In this document: one piece after another, positions 28,022-36,383 of the stretch | Layout of the letters: each line of letters opens with the position of its first letter | How positions within the stretch are numbered: the stretch's first letter is position 1 | Assembly (NCBI GenBank): GCA_021788015.1 | Contig: JAJYLD010000001.1 | Span: forward strand, 145,581-209,580 | Reading direction: 5' to 3' | DNA length: 64,000 nucleotides | Source of the DNA: a bacterium | GTDB lineage: Bacteria; Patescibacteriota; Patescibacteriia; Patescibacteriales; JAKAJF01 | Notes under the pieces: generated by a model | Told to the model about the DNA's origin: nothing | Databases searched by the model: none | What the model saw: only the letters and a program-made list of their open reading frames with translations | Position numbers and translations under genes: made by a program

Positions 28022-29038
28022 ATGAAAAAAATAGTTTTTCAAAAAAATTACACAAGAGATACGAGCTTGGTTGTCCAAAAGCTATGGTTCAAGGCGCATG
28101 ACAAAGCCATAAATGATTTTTTAAAAAGCAAAAAAGAAATTTTCGGCATCGATCACTTAAATAACGGCTCAATTGAGATTTGGGAAAATGCCGATTTATT
28201 AAAAAAACTAAAATCGATTTTGGTTAAAAAATCTTTTCAATCTAAAAATAAAATTTTTTCAATATTAAACAGGACAAAAATTGAAATGAAAGAATTTGAA
28301 AAACTTTGGAAAAGAAAATATTTATCCGATAGGAACGAGCTGGTTGCTTTTATAAATAAAGCCGAGAAAATGATGTATGCCAATTTACTTTATTCATATC
28401 TTTGTCTTGAGAAAGGCGCGGAAAAGGAAATTAAAAATTTGGCCGGCGAGCTTCGGGCCGCAGATCATTTTTTTGCGCATAGCGATAATCTTATAAGAAA
28501 TAGCATCAAAAAAATTTTTCCGTCCGCGAAAGATTTTGAAAATTGCATTACCATAAACGAAATAAAAAACAATAAAATTCCATCGGCGGAAATTTTAAAA
28601 AAACGTTTATCTTCTTTTTTTCAGGATTCGGGAAAAGAAAAATTTTTAGGAGATTTGCGAACATTTCAAGCTAAACATCCGGAATATATTTTTATAAACG
28701 GCGATTCAAAAAACTCGAGGATTATAAAAGGCCAAATCGCCAACAGAGGAAAAATTACGGGAAGAGTTAAGATTGTCAGGCGCAACAATGACATGCTTAA
28801 AATTAAAAAAGGAGATATAGTGGTTTCTCCGATGACTACTCCGGCAATAGTGTCGGGTTTAAAAAAAGCTTCCGGAATTGTGACTGACGAAGGCGGAATG
28901 CTTTGTCATGCGGCTGTGATTTCACGCGAATTAAATATTCCATGCGTCATCGGAACAAAGATTGCGACGAAAGTTTTAAAGGACGGCGATTTGGTTGAAG
29001 TAGACGCGAATAAAGGGGTAATAAAAATTCTCAATTAA
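28022..29038 (+). CDS. S3: short (338 aa) N-domain plus PEP-utilizer swivel domain
   Basis: GKITGRVKIV...GDIVVSPMTTPAIVSGLKKASGIVTDEGGMLCHAAVISRELNIPCVIGTKIATKVLKDGDLVEVDANKGVIKILN. Confidence 0.85.
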   Translation: MKKIVFQKNYTRDTSLVVQKLWFKAHDKAINDFLKSKKEIFGIDHLNNGSIEIWENADLLKKLKSILVKKSFQSKNKIFSILNRTKIEMKEFEKLWKRKYLSDRNELVAFINKAEKMMYANLLYSYLCLEKGAEKEIKNLAGELRAADHFFAHSDNLIRNSIKKIFPSAKDFENCITINEIKNNKIPSAEILKKRLSSFFQDSGKEKFLGDLRTFQAKHPEYIFINGDSKNSRIIKGQIANRGKITGRVKIVRRNNDMLKIKKGDIVVSPMTTPAIVSGLKKASGIVTDEGGMLCHAAVISRELNIPCVIGTKIATKVLKDGDLVEVDANKGVIKILN

Positions 29039-29073
29039 TTTTTTTCTGGATTCCCGCCTGCGCGGGAATGACA
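29039..29073. repeat. GAATGACA-family intercistronic hairpin
   Basis: TTTTTTTCTGGATTCCCGCCTGCGCGGGAATGACA, with stem ATTCCCGC/GCGGGAAT. Ends 5 nt before the next ATG. Confidence 0.8.
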
Positions 29074-29078
29074 AAGAT

Positions 29079-30575
29079 ATGAAACAAAAAAATCCAAAAT
29101 ATTTAAATGATAATGATCCATGGATTCTGGCGGAAGATATACCGGATATAGATTTTCAGTTTGCGCAAATCTGGCTTTCCTCATTTGCCAATGACCTTAG
29201 CCGTTCGTGCGGAAAAAATTATAAAAAAATTGTTTGTGTTTTTAACGGCTTAAATCTCAAGTTTTATTATGGAGATAAGGATTCCGATGATTTTGCAAAC
29301 CATTTATTAAATAAAATCGTAAAAACTCCCGCCTTCGGAAATAAAATTAATAAGAATATAAGAATTTTTTCCGATAAGCTTAAAAAAAATTCCGAGGAAA
29401 TTACGGGGAAAGCTTTGGTAAAAATGAGTAATGGAGAATTGATTTCTTTTTATAATAAGCTAGATAAATTGCATACGGAATTATATATCTGGGGATGGTT
29501 GCCGAATGCCGCAGATATGTTCCATGTAAACTTTACAAATTATTTAAAAAATTCGCTTGCGAAAAAACTTCCGGAAGAAGAGTTGAATAAAGCCTTGGTT
29601 CTGCTTTCAAATAGCGAAGAAAAAAGCGTTTTTAATCTTGAGCACGAATCTTTTCTGAAAATTATTTCTTTAAAACAAAATGGCAAAAGTCAAAAAGAAA
29701 TCGATAAAGCCATTTCTAAACATCTCAAGCGCTATTTTCACCTTAAGCATTTATGGATAGGGAAGGACGGAGTTTATGATTATGATTATTACGTTAGCGA
29801 AATAAAAAAATTCATTAAATCAAAAGAAAATGCGGGGAAATTATTGAAAAAAGAAAATACGATTTTTAAGGATGCTTTGCGCGAAAAGAACGCATTGATT
29901 AAGAAACTAAAACTGACAAAAAAGGAAATAGAAATTTTTGATGTTTATGCCGAATTCGCCGTAACCAAGGCTTATCGAAGAGATGCGCAACTCTTTTGGG
30001 CCTACAAAATGGACTTTGTTTTTCAAGAGCTTTCGAGGCGTTTAAATTTGTCCATAATTGAAACGCGATTTATGTTCCCGAATGAAATTGCGGATTCATT
30101 GCGTAATGGAGTAAAAAAGAAATTGAGAGAGGAAATAAAAAAGAGAACAAAACATTGTGTTTACTATGTTGAAAAAGGAATCGATAAAATGCTTTATAAT
30201 AAAGAAGCGAAAGAATTTGAGAAAAAATTGGAAACAAAGCAGGATAATGATATAAAAGAATTTTCTGGCCAGACCGCGTGCCTGGGCGAAGCGAAAGGAT
30301 ATGTAAGAGTTATAAACTCCGTAACGGAAATCAAAAAAATGGAAAAGGGAGATATTCTTGTCAGTATCGCCACCAATCCGGATATTGTGCCGGCTATGAA
30401 GAAAGCGGCCGCGATTATAACCGAGCAGGGCGGAATCACTTCGCACGCCGCGATTGTTTCACGCGAATTAAATATTCCATGTGTCATCGGAACAAAGATT
30501 GCGACGAAGGTTTTAAAGGACGGCGATTTGGTCGAGGTTGACGCAAATAAGGGAGTTATAAAAATTCTTAATTAA
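29079..30575 (+). CDS. S4: divergent N-domain plus PEP-utilizer swivel domain
   Basis: GEAKGYVRVI...GDILVSIATNPDIVPAMKKAAAIITEQGGITSHAAIVSRELNIPCVIGTKIATKVLKDGDLVEVDANKGVIKILN. N-domain landmark KRYFHLKHLWIG. Confidence 0.85.
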   Translation: MKQKNPKYLNDNDPWILAEDIPDIDFQFAQIWLSSFANDLSRSCGKNYKKIVCVFNGLNLKFYYGDKDSDDFANHLLNKIVKTPAFGNKINKNIRIFSDKLKKNSEEITGKALVKMSNGELISFYNKLDKLHTELYIWGWLPNAADMFHVNFTNYLKNSLAKKLPEEELNKALVLLSNSEEKSVFNLEHESFLKIISLKQNGKSQKEIDKAISKHLKRYFHLKHLWIGKDGVYDYDYYVSEIKKFIKSKENAGKLLKKENTIFKDALREKNALIKKLKLTKKEIEIFDVYAEFAVTKAYRRDAQLFWAYKMDFVFQELSRRLNLSIIETRFMFPNEIADSLRNGVKKKLREEIKKRTKHCVYYVEKGIDKMLYNKEAKEFEKKLETKQDNDIKEFSGQTACLGEAKGYVRVINSVTEIKKMEKGDILVSIATNPDIVPAMKKAAAIITEQGGITSHAAIVSRELNIPCVIGTKIATKVLKDGDLVEVDANKGVIKILN

Positions 30576-30628
30576 TTTTTTTCCGGATTTTTGCCGGAAG
30601 TTCATCCGCCTTGGCGGACGAAATGACA
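30575..30628. repeat. GAATGACA-family intercistronic hairpin (double-hairpin variant)
   Basis: TTTTTTTCCGGATTTTTGCCGGAAGTTCATCCGCCTTGGCGGACGAAATGACA. Confidence 0.7.
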
Positions 30629-30636
30629 TTAATTAT

Positions 30637-32169
30637 ATGAATCCAAAAAATGAAAAATGGTCGCATATAGCAAAAGAATATGTAGTAAGTTTATTCCCCA
30701 ATATTATGCTGGCGGAAGCTTTTATAAACGGAGTAAATAAATCAGCAGAAAAAAATTTAAAATTTTGGGCGCAGAGATATGAAGATAATTCATGCCAATA
30801 TCTTGCCAAAAAATCGGATTGGGCGAAAGTGAGCGGACCTTTTGCGAAAAAAGTTTTAGGCAGCCCGGAATTTTTAGGCGTGATCATGAAAAAAATGCAA
30901 GAGAATTTAAAAACATCTCTTGCTTTTGCCGCAAAAGTTAATCGCATGAATTTAAAGAATAGCGCGAACGCGGATTTATTAAAATTGTATAATGAGTTTA
31001 ACCGTTTAAATAAAGACGTGTATGATTATGGACTTGCCTTGGTACTTTTGGATTTTCAAGAAACTACATATATTTCAGATGCGCTTTCCAAATATTTAAA
31101 AGGAAAGGTTGAGGCGGAAAAATATTCGGATTATTTTTCAATATTGACGACGACTCCGAAAAGAACTGCGGCGCGAGAAGAGGAAATTAGCCTGTTGAAA
31201 ATAATTTCTAAAATAAAAAATAAACAAAAATTGTTAAATGCTTTTCTAAATAAATCAGCGGATGAATTGGCCGAAAATTTTTTAAAATTAGATAAAAATA
31301 TTCATAAGGAAATTTTACTGCATGCAAAAAAATACGCCTGGACAACCTATGTTTACGAAGGCCCGGGTCAGACATATAATGATTTTATTTTGACCGTCAA
31401 AGAATTTTTATCAAGAAACATTAATCCTGAATTGAAATTGAAAGAAATTTTTGAAAGTGAAAAAAATTTAAAAACAAAACAGGCAGAGTATTTAAAAGCG
31501 CTTAAGCCTGATAAATATAATAAAAATTTGATTAAATTGTCGCGAGATGTCGCTTTTGTAAAATTTTGGCGCAGAGAACAGCAATCCCGTTCTTACTATC
31601 TGATTGAACCCCTTTTGAAAGAAATGGCTCGACGACTAAACTTATCGGTGAAGCAAATAAGATTTCTACTTCCGGAAGAATTGAATGGAGCTTTAAAGGG
31701 CAAAGAAATTGATTTGGAAAAAATAAACAGAAGAATTAAATTATGCATCTTGTCATGCGAAAACGGAAGGGGGGTAAAATTACTTGAAGGGAAAAATGCC
31801 GAAAAATTTCTTAAAACGGTTGAAAAAGAAAAAATTGATTATAATTTGAAAGAACTAAAGGGGCAAACCGCATGCCCGGGATACGCCAAAGGCAAGGCCG
31901 TAATCGTCAATGTGCCTGATGATATGAAAAAAATGGGCGATGGGAATATTTTAGTTTCGTTTTCCACCAATCCCAACCTTATGCCGGCGATCAGAAAAGC
32001 ATCCGCGATTATTACGGACGAAGGCGGTTTGACTTGCCATGCCGCAATTGTTTCGCGCGAATTAAATATTCCTTGCGTAGTCGGGTTAAAAGTGGTTTCG
32101 AAAATAATAAAAGACGGAGAAACGGTTGTAGTGGATGCGAATAAAGGAGTGATTAAAAAATTAAAATAA
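30637..32169 (+). CDS. S5: divergent N-domain plus PEP-utilizer swivel domain
   Basis: GYAKGKAVIV...GNILVSFSTNPNLMPAIRKASAIITDEGGLTCHAAIVSRELNIPCVVGLK...VVVDANKGVIKKL. N-domain landmarks KKYAWTTYVYEGPG and LLKEMARRLNLSVKQIRFLLPEEL. Confidence 0.85.
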   Translation: MNPKNEKWSHIAKEYVVSLFPNIMLAEAFINGVNKSAEKNLKFWAQRYEDNSCQYLAKKSDWAKVSGPFAKKVLGSPEFLGVIMKKMQENLKTSLAFAAKVNRMNLKNSANADLLKLYNEFNRLNKDVYDYGLALVLLDFQETTYISDALSKYLKGKVEAEKYSDYFSILTTTPKRTAAREEEISLLKIISKIKNKQKLLNAFLNKSADELAENFLKLDKNIHKEILLHAKKYAWTTYVYEGPGQTYNDFILTVKEFLSRNINPELKLKEIFESEKNLKTKQAEYLKALKPDKYNKNLIKLSRDVAFVKFWRREQQSRSYYLIEPLLKEMARRLNLSVKQIRFLLPEELNGALKGKEIDLEKINRRIKLCILSCENGRGVKLLEGKNAEKFLKTVEKEKIDYNLKELKGQTACPGYAKGKAVIVNVPDDMKKMGDGNILVSFSTNPNLMPAIRKASAIITDEGGLTCHAAIVSRELNIPCVVGLKVVSKIIKDGETVVVDANKGVIKKLK

Positions 32170-32170
32170 T

Positions 32171-33649
32171 ATGAGATGGACAAAAATTTGGTCTGATAGG
32201 CCATATCCGCCTTTTCTAATGGACCTTGTAACTGGCGCAACTGTGCAAGGATTAAAAAAGATATTTCCGGAAAGCGAAATACGACAAGGCGTGAATTACT
32301 GGAAGAACGCTTCTTCGTCTTATTATTATCCCGAAAATGAACTTAATGTAACAATGGGAAAAATTGCAAAAAAGGCCATTAAGAATCCAAAATTTTTATT
32401 AAATTTTTTTCAAAAAGGATTTGTCCTTTCCAAAGAACTGCGAAAATTTATCGAAAAAAAGGATCTGTCACGTTTAGATAAAAAAAGAGACAAAGAATTA
32501 TTAAAAATAGCAGATGAGGCTTCAAAGAAGTTTTTCAATTTTTATTCCTATGGCACGGTCGCATCTTTGCTTGGTTACACGACTGAAAATCCGATTTATT
32601 CAAAAATGGATACTATTGTAAAAATTAAAGGAAGGGGGCACAAGAAAATTCAGCAATATGTCGAAGCATTAACCAATCCGCCGAAAAGATTGAAAATTCA
32701 TGAACTCGAATTGGAAACGCTCGAAATCGCCGAAAAGGTGAAACGCATAGGATTAAAAACTAAGGCGCAAATATCAAAAAAATTTCAAGATGAATTGGAT
32801 AAACTTGTTGAAAAATTCGCATGGATGTCATTTGATTTTTGCGATTCTATTTTCTGGGATCGCGATCATTTCGCAAAATTAGTAGTAGAAAAAATTAATA
32901 GCGGAATAAGAAAAAGAATTAGTTTTTTAATTGATTACGAAAAAAACACGACTAAGCATTTTATTTCGGCATCTAAGAAAATGAAGCTGAATAATGAAGA
33001 AGTGAAAATTTTTAAATTAATCGGTAGCTTGGGATATTATAAATGGCTGAGAGAATACGAATTTCAAAAAGCTTTTTTCCTCTTTAAACAGGTTCAGGAC
33101 GAGTTCGGTCGCCGTATCGGACTTACAACTTTAGAATCGAAGTTTTTATTACCAGACGAGTATAAAAAGGCATTAACAAATAAAAAATTTTATAAAAAGT
33201 TGATTAAAAATCGGATGAAAGAGCTATTGATAGTTAATAAAAGGAATGCCAGGGTTATATTGGAAGGCAAAAAGGCGAAGAAAGAATTTTCTAAAATTGA
33301 AAAAGGGGCAGAGTTCAAGTTTGACGGAGCTGAAATAAGGGGTAATCCGGCAAGTTCCGGTTATGCGAAAGGGAAAGTTAAAATTATAAACAGTTCAAAA
33401 GAAATGAGAAAGATGAACAAAGGAGACATTTTAGTTTCTCAGGCGACAACACCGGAAATAATTTCCGCCATGAAAAAGGCGGCGGCGATAATTACAAATG
33501 AAGGCGGCATTACATCGCACGCCGCCATTATTTCAAGAGAACTAAAGATTCCCTGTGTAATCGGAACAAAGATAGCCGCACAAGTTTTAAAGGATGGCGA
33601 GGTGGTCGAGGTAGATGCGAATAAGGGAATAATTAAAAAGCTAGAATAA
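32171..33649 (+). CDS. S6: divergent N-domain plus PEP-utilizer swivel domain
   Basis: GYAKGKVKII...GDILVSQATTPEIISAMKKAAAIITNEGGITSHAAIISRELKIPCVIGTK...VEVDANKGIIKKLE. The start is 1 nt after the S5 stop. Confidence 0.85.
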   Translation: MRWTKIWSDRPYPPFLMDLVTGATVQGLKKIFPESEIRQGVNYWKNASSSYYYPENELNVTMGKIAKKAIKNPKFLLNFFQKGFVLSKELRKFIEKKDLSRLDKKRDKELLKIADEASKKFFNFYSYGTVASLLGYTTENPIYSKMDTIVKIKGRGHKKIQQYVEALTNPPKRLKIHELELETLEIAEKVKRIGLKTKAQISKKFQDELDKLVEKFAWMSFDFCDSIFWDRDHFAKLVVEKINSGIRKRISFLIDYEKNTTKHFISASKKMKLNNEEVKIFKLIGSLGYYKWLREYEFQKAFFLFKQVQDEFGRRIGLTTLESKFLLPDEYKKALTNKKFYKKLIKNRMKELLIVNKRNARVILEGKKAKKEFSKIEKGAEFKFDGAEIRGNPASSGYAKGKVKIINSSKEMRKMNKGDILVSQATTPEIISAMKKAAAIITNEGGITSHAAIISRELKIPCVIGTKIAAQVLKDGEVVEVDANKGIIKKLE

Positions 33650-33656
33650 TAAAAAA

Positions 33657-34262
33657 ATGCAAAAAAATAAAATCAAACTTATCATTCTTGACGCTTACGG
33701 TCCGGTTATTACCGGCGGCTATCCGGCAACCTGCAAATATTTAGGGAAAATATTTAAAAAAAACTGGAAAGATGTATTTCAGATAGTTTATCGGAAATAT
33801 TTTAATATGGCGGCGGAAAGAAAGATAACACAACAGGAAGCCTGGGAAGAAGCGATCAAAGAACTGAATATGCCCATAAGCGTAAAAAAATTAAAAAAGA
33901 TCCATTACGATTTTATGGATCTGAACAAGCCGGTTATAAAGTATGTGAAACAAAATAATTTAAGCGGTGCAAAAATTTTGCTTTTAAGTAAAAACACGAG
34001 AAGCCAGTTTTATGATGTTAATAAAAAAACAGGATTCAGAAAAGAATTTAAATATATTATAAACACATGGGAATTGGGGCTGCCGAAAGCGAGTAAGGAA
34101 ACAATGGAATTGATCAAGCAAAAATTCAAAGTGCAATCGGAAGAGATTTTATATACCGATGACCAGGAAGAAAATTTAATCGAGGCGAAAAAGATGGGCA
34201 TAAAAACTATTTTTTATCAAAATTTTAATCAATTTAAAAAAGAGTTTAAAAAATATGAATAA
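33657..34262 (+). CDS. HAD superfamily hydrolase-like protein (DAYG-type motif I)
   Basis: Motif I IILDAYGPV, motif II LLSKNT, C-terminal ILYTDDQEENLIEAKKMGIKTIFY (motifs III/IV). Overlaps the next gene by 8 nt. Confidence 0.6.
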   Translation: MQKNKIKLIILDAYGPVITGGYPATCKYLGKIFKKNWKDVFQIVYRKYFNMAAERKITQQEAWEEAIKELNMPISVKKLKKIHYDFMDLNKPVIKYVKQNNLSGAKILLLSKNTRSQFYDVNKKTGFRKEFKYIINTWELGLPKASKETMELIKQKFKVQSEEILYTDDQEENLIEAKKMGIKTIFYQNFNQFKKEFKKYE

Positions 34263-34572
34263 AATTAGCGGGGTCGTTGCGTCTTCCGGCAAAGCGAAAG
34301 GAACCGCACGAATCGTTTTGGATCAAAATGAATTTGAAAATTTAAAACAAGGTGAAATTTTGATTACCAACCTTAAACCGGATCATGTTTTGGTTTTAAA
34401 AAAATCGGGAGCGATTGTAACGGATGAGGGGGGCATAACGTCGCACCTGGCAAAAGCGGCGAGAGAATTGAAAAAGCCGTGCATTGTAAATACGGGAAAC
34501 GGAACGCAGGTTTTTAAAACCGGCGATGCGATTGAAGTTGATGCGGAAAAAGGAATAATTACAAAATTATAA
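34255..34572 (+). CDS. S7: stand-alone PEP-utilizer swivel domain protein (105 aa)
   Basis: GKAKGTARIV...GEILITNLKPDHVLVLKKSGAIVTDEGGITSHLAKAARELKKPCIVNTG...IEVDAEKGIITKL. No N-terminal extension. Confidence 0.8.
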   Translation: MNKISGVVASSGKAKGTARIVLDQNEFENLKQGEILITNLKPDHVLVLKKSGAIVTDEGGITSHLAKAARELKKPCIVNTGNGTQVFKTGDAIEVDAEKGIITKL

Positions 34573-34589
34573 GATCTTTGAAAAAGAAG

Positions 34590-34630
34590 AAAGCCGGCCC
34601 TTGCGTGTTTTTCACGTAGGTACCGGCTTT
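34590..34630 (-). terminator. long hairpin terminator (minus strand; possibly bidirectional)
   Basis: AAAGCCGG...CCGGCTTT with inner CGTG-AAAAA-CACG. The minus strand continues TCTTCTTTTTC. Confidence 0.55.
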
Positions 34631-34658
34631 GTAAACTAGACCGTTCTGCCTACCTTGC

Positions 34659-35225
34659 TTAGGGAGCCGGAATAGTCCTGGGATCGTGGACCTCGATGGA
34701 GCCGTCATCCTGGAGGAAGAAGTCGAGGTACTCCATCTCTTTAAGGGACGGAATTCCTTCGTAGCCCAGGGCTATTGTGGCGAGAGGGATGATGGGGTCG
34801 TGTCCGAGGGCAAGACCGAAACCATTGTCCGGCATAGCATCGAACATTTTCTTTACCCCAGTCAAGGCATCGTTTGCCCAGATAGTAATTTGCTCACCTG
34901 TGTGGCCCGCCATGTAGACGGCCTCGATGTTGGTTTTGCCGGCATTTACAGCGGCCTTAAACCCATTATTCACCATTATCGCAAAGAGCTCTTCGGTTCC
35001 GATCTCGGCGACGGGCGTATGGACCCTGACGCCGGGCTGGCAGCCGACTTGGCAGATGTAGGCCAGGGCGGTCTGCACCGTCCGGTATATGCCATAGAAA
35101 ATGTCAGTGTATTTTGCCCCAATTGCTTTTTCCTGAACATATGCAATACCCTTGGGACCAATGGTGTTGTTGGCCCCGTCCTTAATTGAGTGTCTTACAT
35201 ACCTGATTTTTTTAACTGGTTTCAA
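34659..35225 (-). CDS. histidine phosphatase superfamily-like protein, high GC, antisense to the array
   Basis: IRYVRHSIKDG (RHG-like motif), YRTVQTALAY (RAxQTA-like motif), LALGHDPIIPLA (second His). TTG start with AAGGAGG 8 nt upstream. Composition is much GC-richer than the flanks. Confidence 0.55.
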   Translation of the reverse strand: MKPVKKIRYVRHSIKDGANNTIGPKGIAYVQEKAIGAKYTDIFYGIYRTVQTALAYICQVGCQPGVRVHTPVAEIGTEELFAIMVNNGFKAAVNAGKTNIEAVYMAGHTGEQITIWANDALTGVKKMFDAMPDNGFGLALGHDPIIPLATIALGYEGIPSLKEMEYLDFFLQDDGSIEVHDPRTIPAP

Positions 35226-35413
35226 ATTCTAAACCTCCTTAAATTTCCAGCATTTCTATCCGCTCAGCGGATTACTAGCAAATGTCTGGATTGCTATTTC
35301 TGTTTTTTTAGCAATTGTGAAAAGATCAAATCATATTAACATACCACGAAATCATAAATACGTCAAGTATTTTAAAATAAAAGTATTAATTTAAGCTAAA
35401 TTTAAACAAAAAT

Positions 35414-36361
35414 ATGCCAGAAAAATTTACAAAAGCATTTAAAGAACTTACAAAGAATAACACTGATATTGCCGGTGGAAAGGGCGCTTCCTTGGGCGAG
35501 ATGACTAACGCGAAAATTCCGGTTCCGCCCGGATTTGTAATCTTGGCACCTGCTTTTGATAAATTTTTAGAGGAAACGGATTTGGGAGTAGAAGTCGAAT
35601 CGATTTTAAAGAAATTAAATTTTAAAGAAATACATTCAGTTTCAAAAGCTTCGGAATTGATCCGAGACAGGATAGATGGAGCCAGAATTCCCGATGATAT
35701 AAAAAAGTTGATTCTGGCGGATTTTAAAAAAATGAAAACAAAATTTGTCGCCGTCCGGTCGAGTGCGACGGCAGAGGATTCGTCGGTCGCCTCCTGGGCG
35801 GGAGAACTTGAAAGTTATTTGGATACAACCGAAAAATCGCTTTTAGAGAATGTAAAAAGATGCTGGTCATCGTTATTTACTCCGCGCGCGATTTTTTATC
35901 GTCATGAAAAGAAATTACACAAAACAAAAGTGAGCGTGGCTGTCGTCGTTCAGCAAATGGTCGAATCGGAAATTTCCGGAATTGCGTTTACGGTTCATCC
36001 GGTTACACGTGATAAAAACCAAATGATCATCGAGGCCGGTTGGGGTCTCGGCGAGGCGATTGTCTCCGGACAGGTTACTCCCGATGCTTACGTTTTGGAC
36101 AAAAGAGATTTTTCGATCATGGACATAAATGTTTCCGCGCAAGAAATGATGATTACCCGAAAGCCGGGCGGCGGAGTGAAGCATGTGAAAGTTTTAAAAG
36201 CAAAAAAGGAAAAGCAAAAATTAACCGGAAAGCAAATCATCGACCTCGCAAAAATTTGCTCGACAATCGAAAAGCATTATAAAAAACCGCAGGATATCGA
36301 ATGGGCCTTCGCGAAAGGAAAATTTTATATCACTCAATCGCGGCCGATAACGACATTGTAA
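35414..36361 (+). CDS. stand-alone PPDK_N / PEP synthase-type ATP-grasp nucleotide-binding domain protein
   Basis: GGKGASLGEM, IPVPPGFVI, VAVRSSATAEDS, WAGELESYL, VAVVVQQMV, ISGIAFTVHPVT, IIEAGWGLGEAIVSG, QDIEWAF..FYITQSRPITTL. Ends where the swivel domain begins in full-length enzymes. Confidence 0.88.
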   Translation: MPEKFTKAFKELTKNNTDIAGGKGASLGEMTNAKIPVPPGFVILAPAFDKFLEETDLGVEVESILKKLNFKEIHSVSKASELIRDRIDGARIPDDIKKLILADFKKMKTKFVAVRSSATAEDSSVASWAGELESYLDTTEKSLLENVKRCWSSLFTPRAIFYRHEKKLHKTKVSVAVVVQQMVESEISGIAFTVHPVTRDKNQMIIEAGWGLGEAIVSGQVTPDAYVLDKRDFSIMDINVSAQEMMITRKPGGGVKHVKVLKAKKEKQKLTGKQIIDLAKICSTIEKHYKKPQDIEWAFAKGKFYITQSRPITTL

Positions 36362-36383
36362 AATATTAAGTTAATGAAATTTT

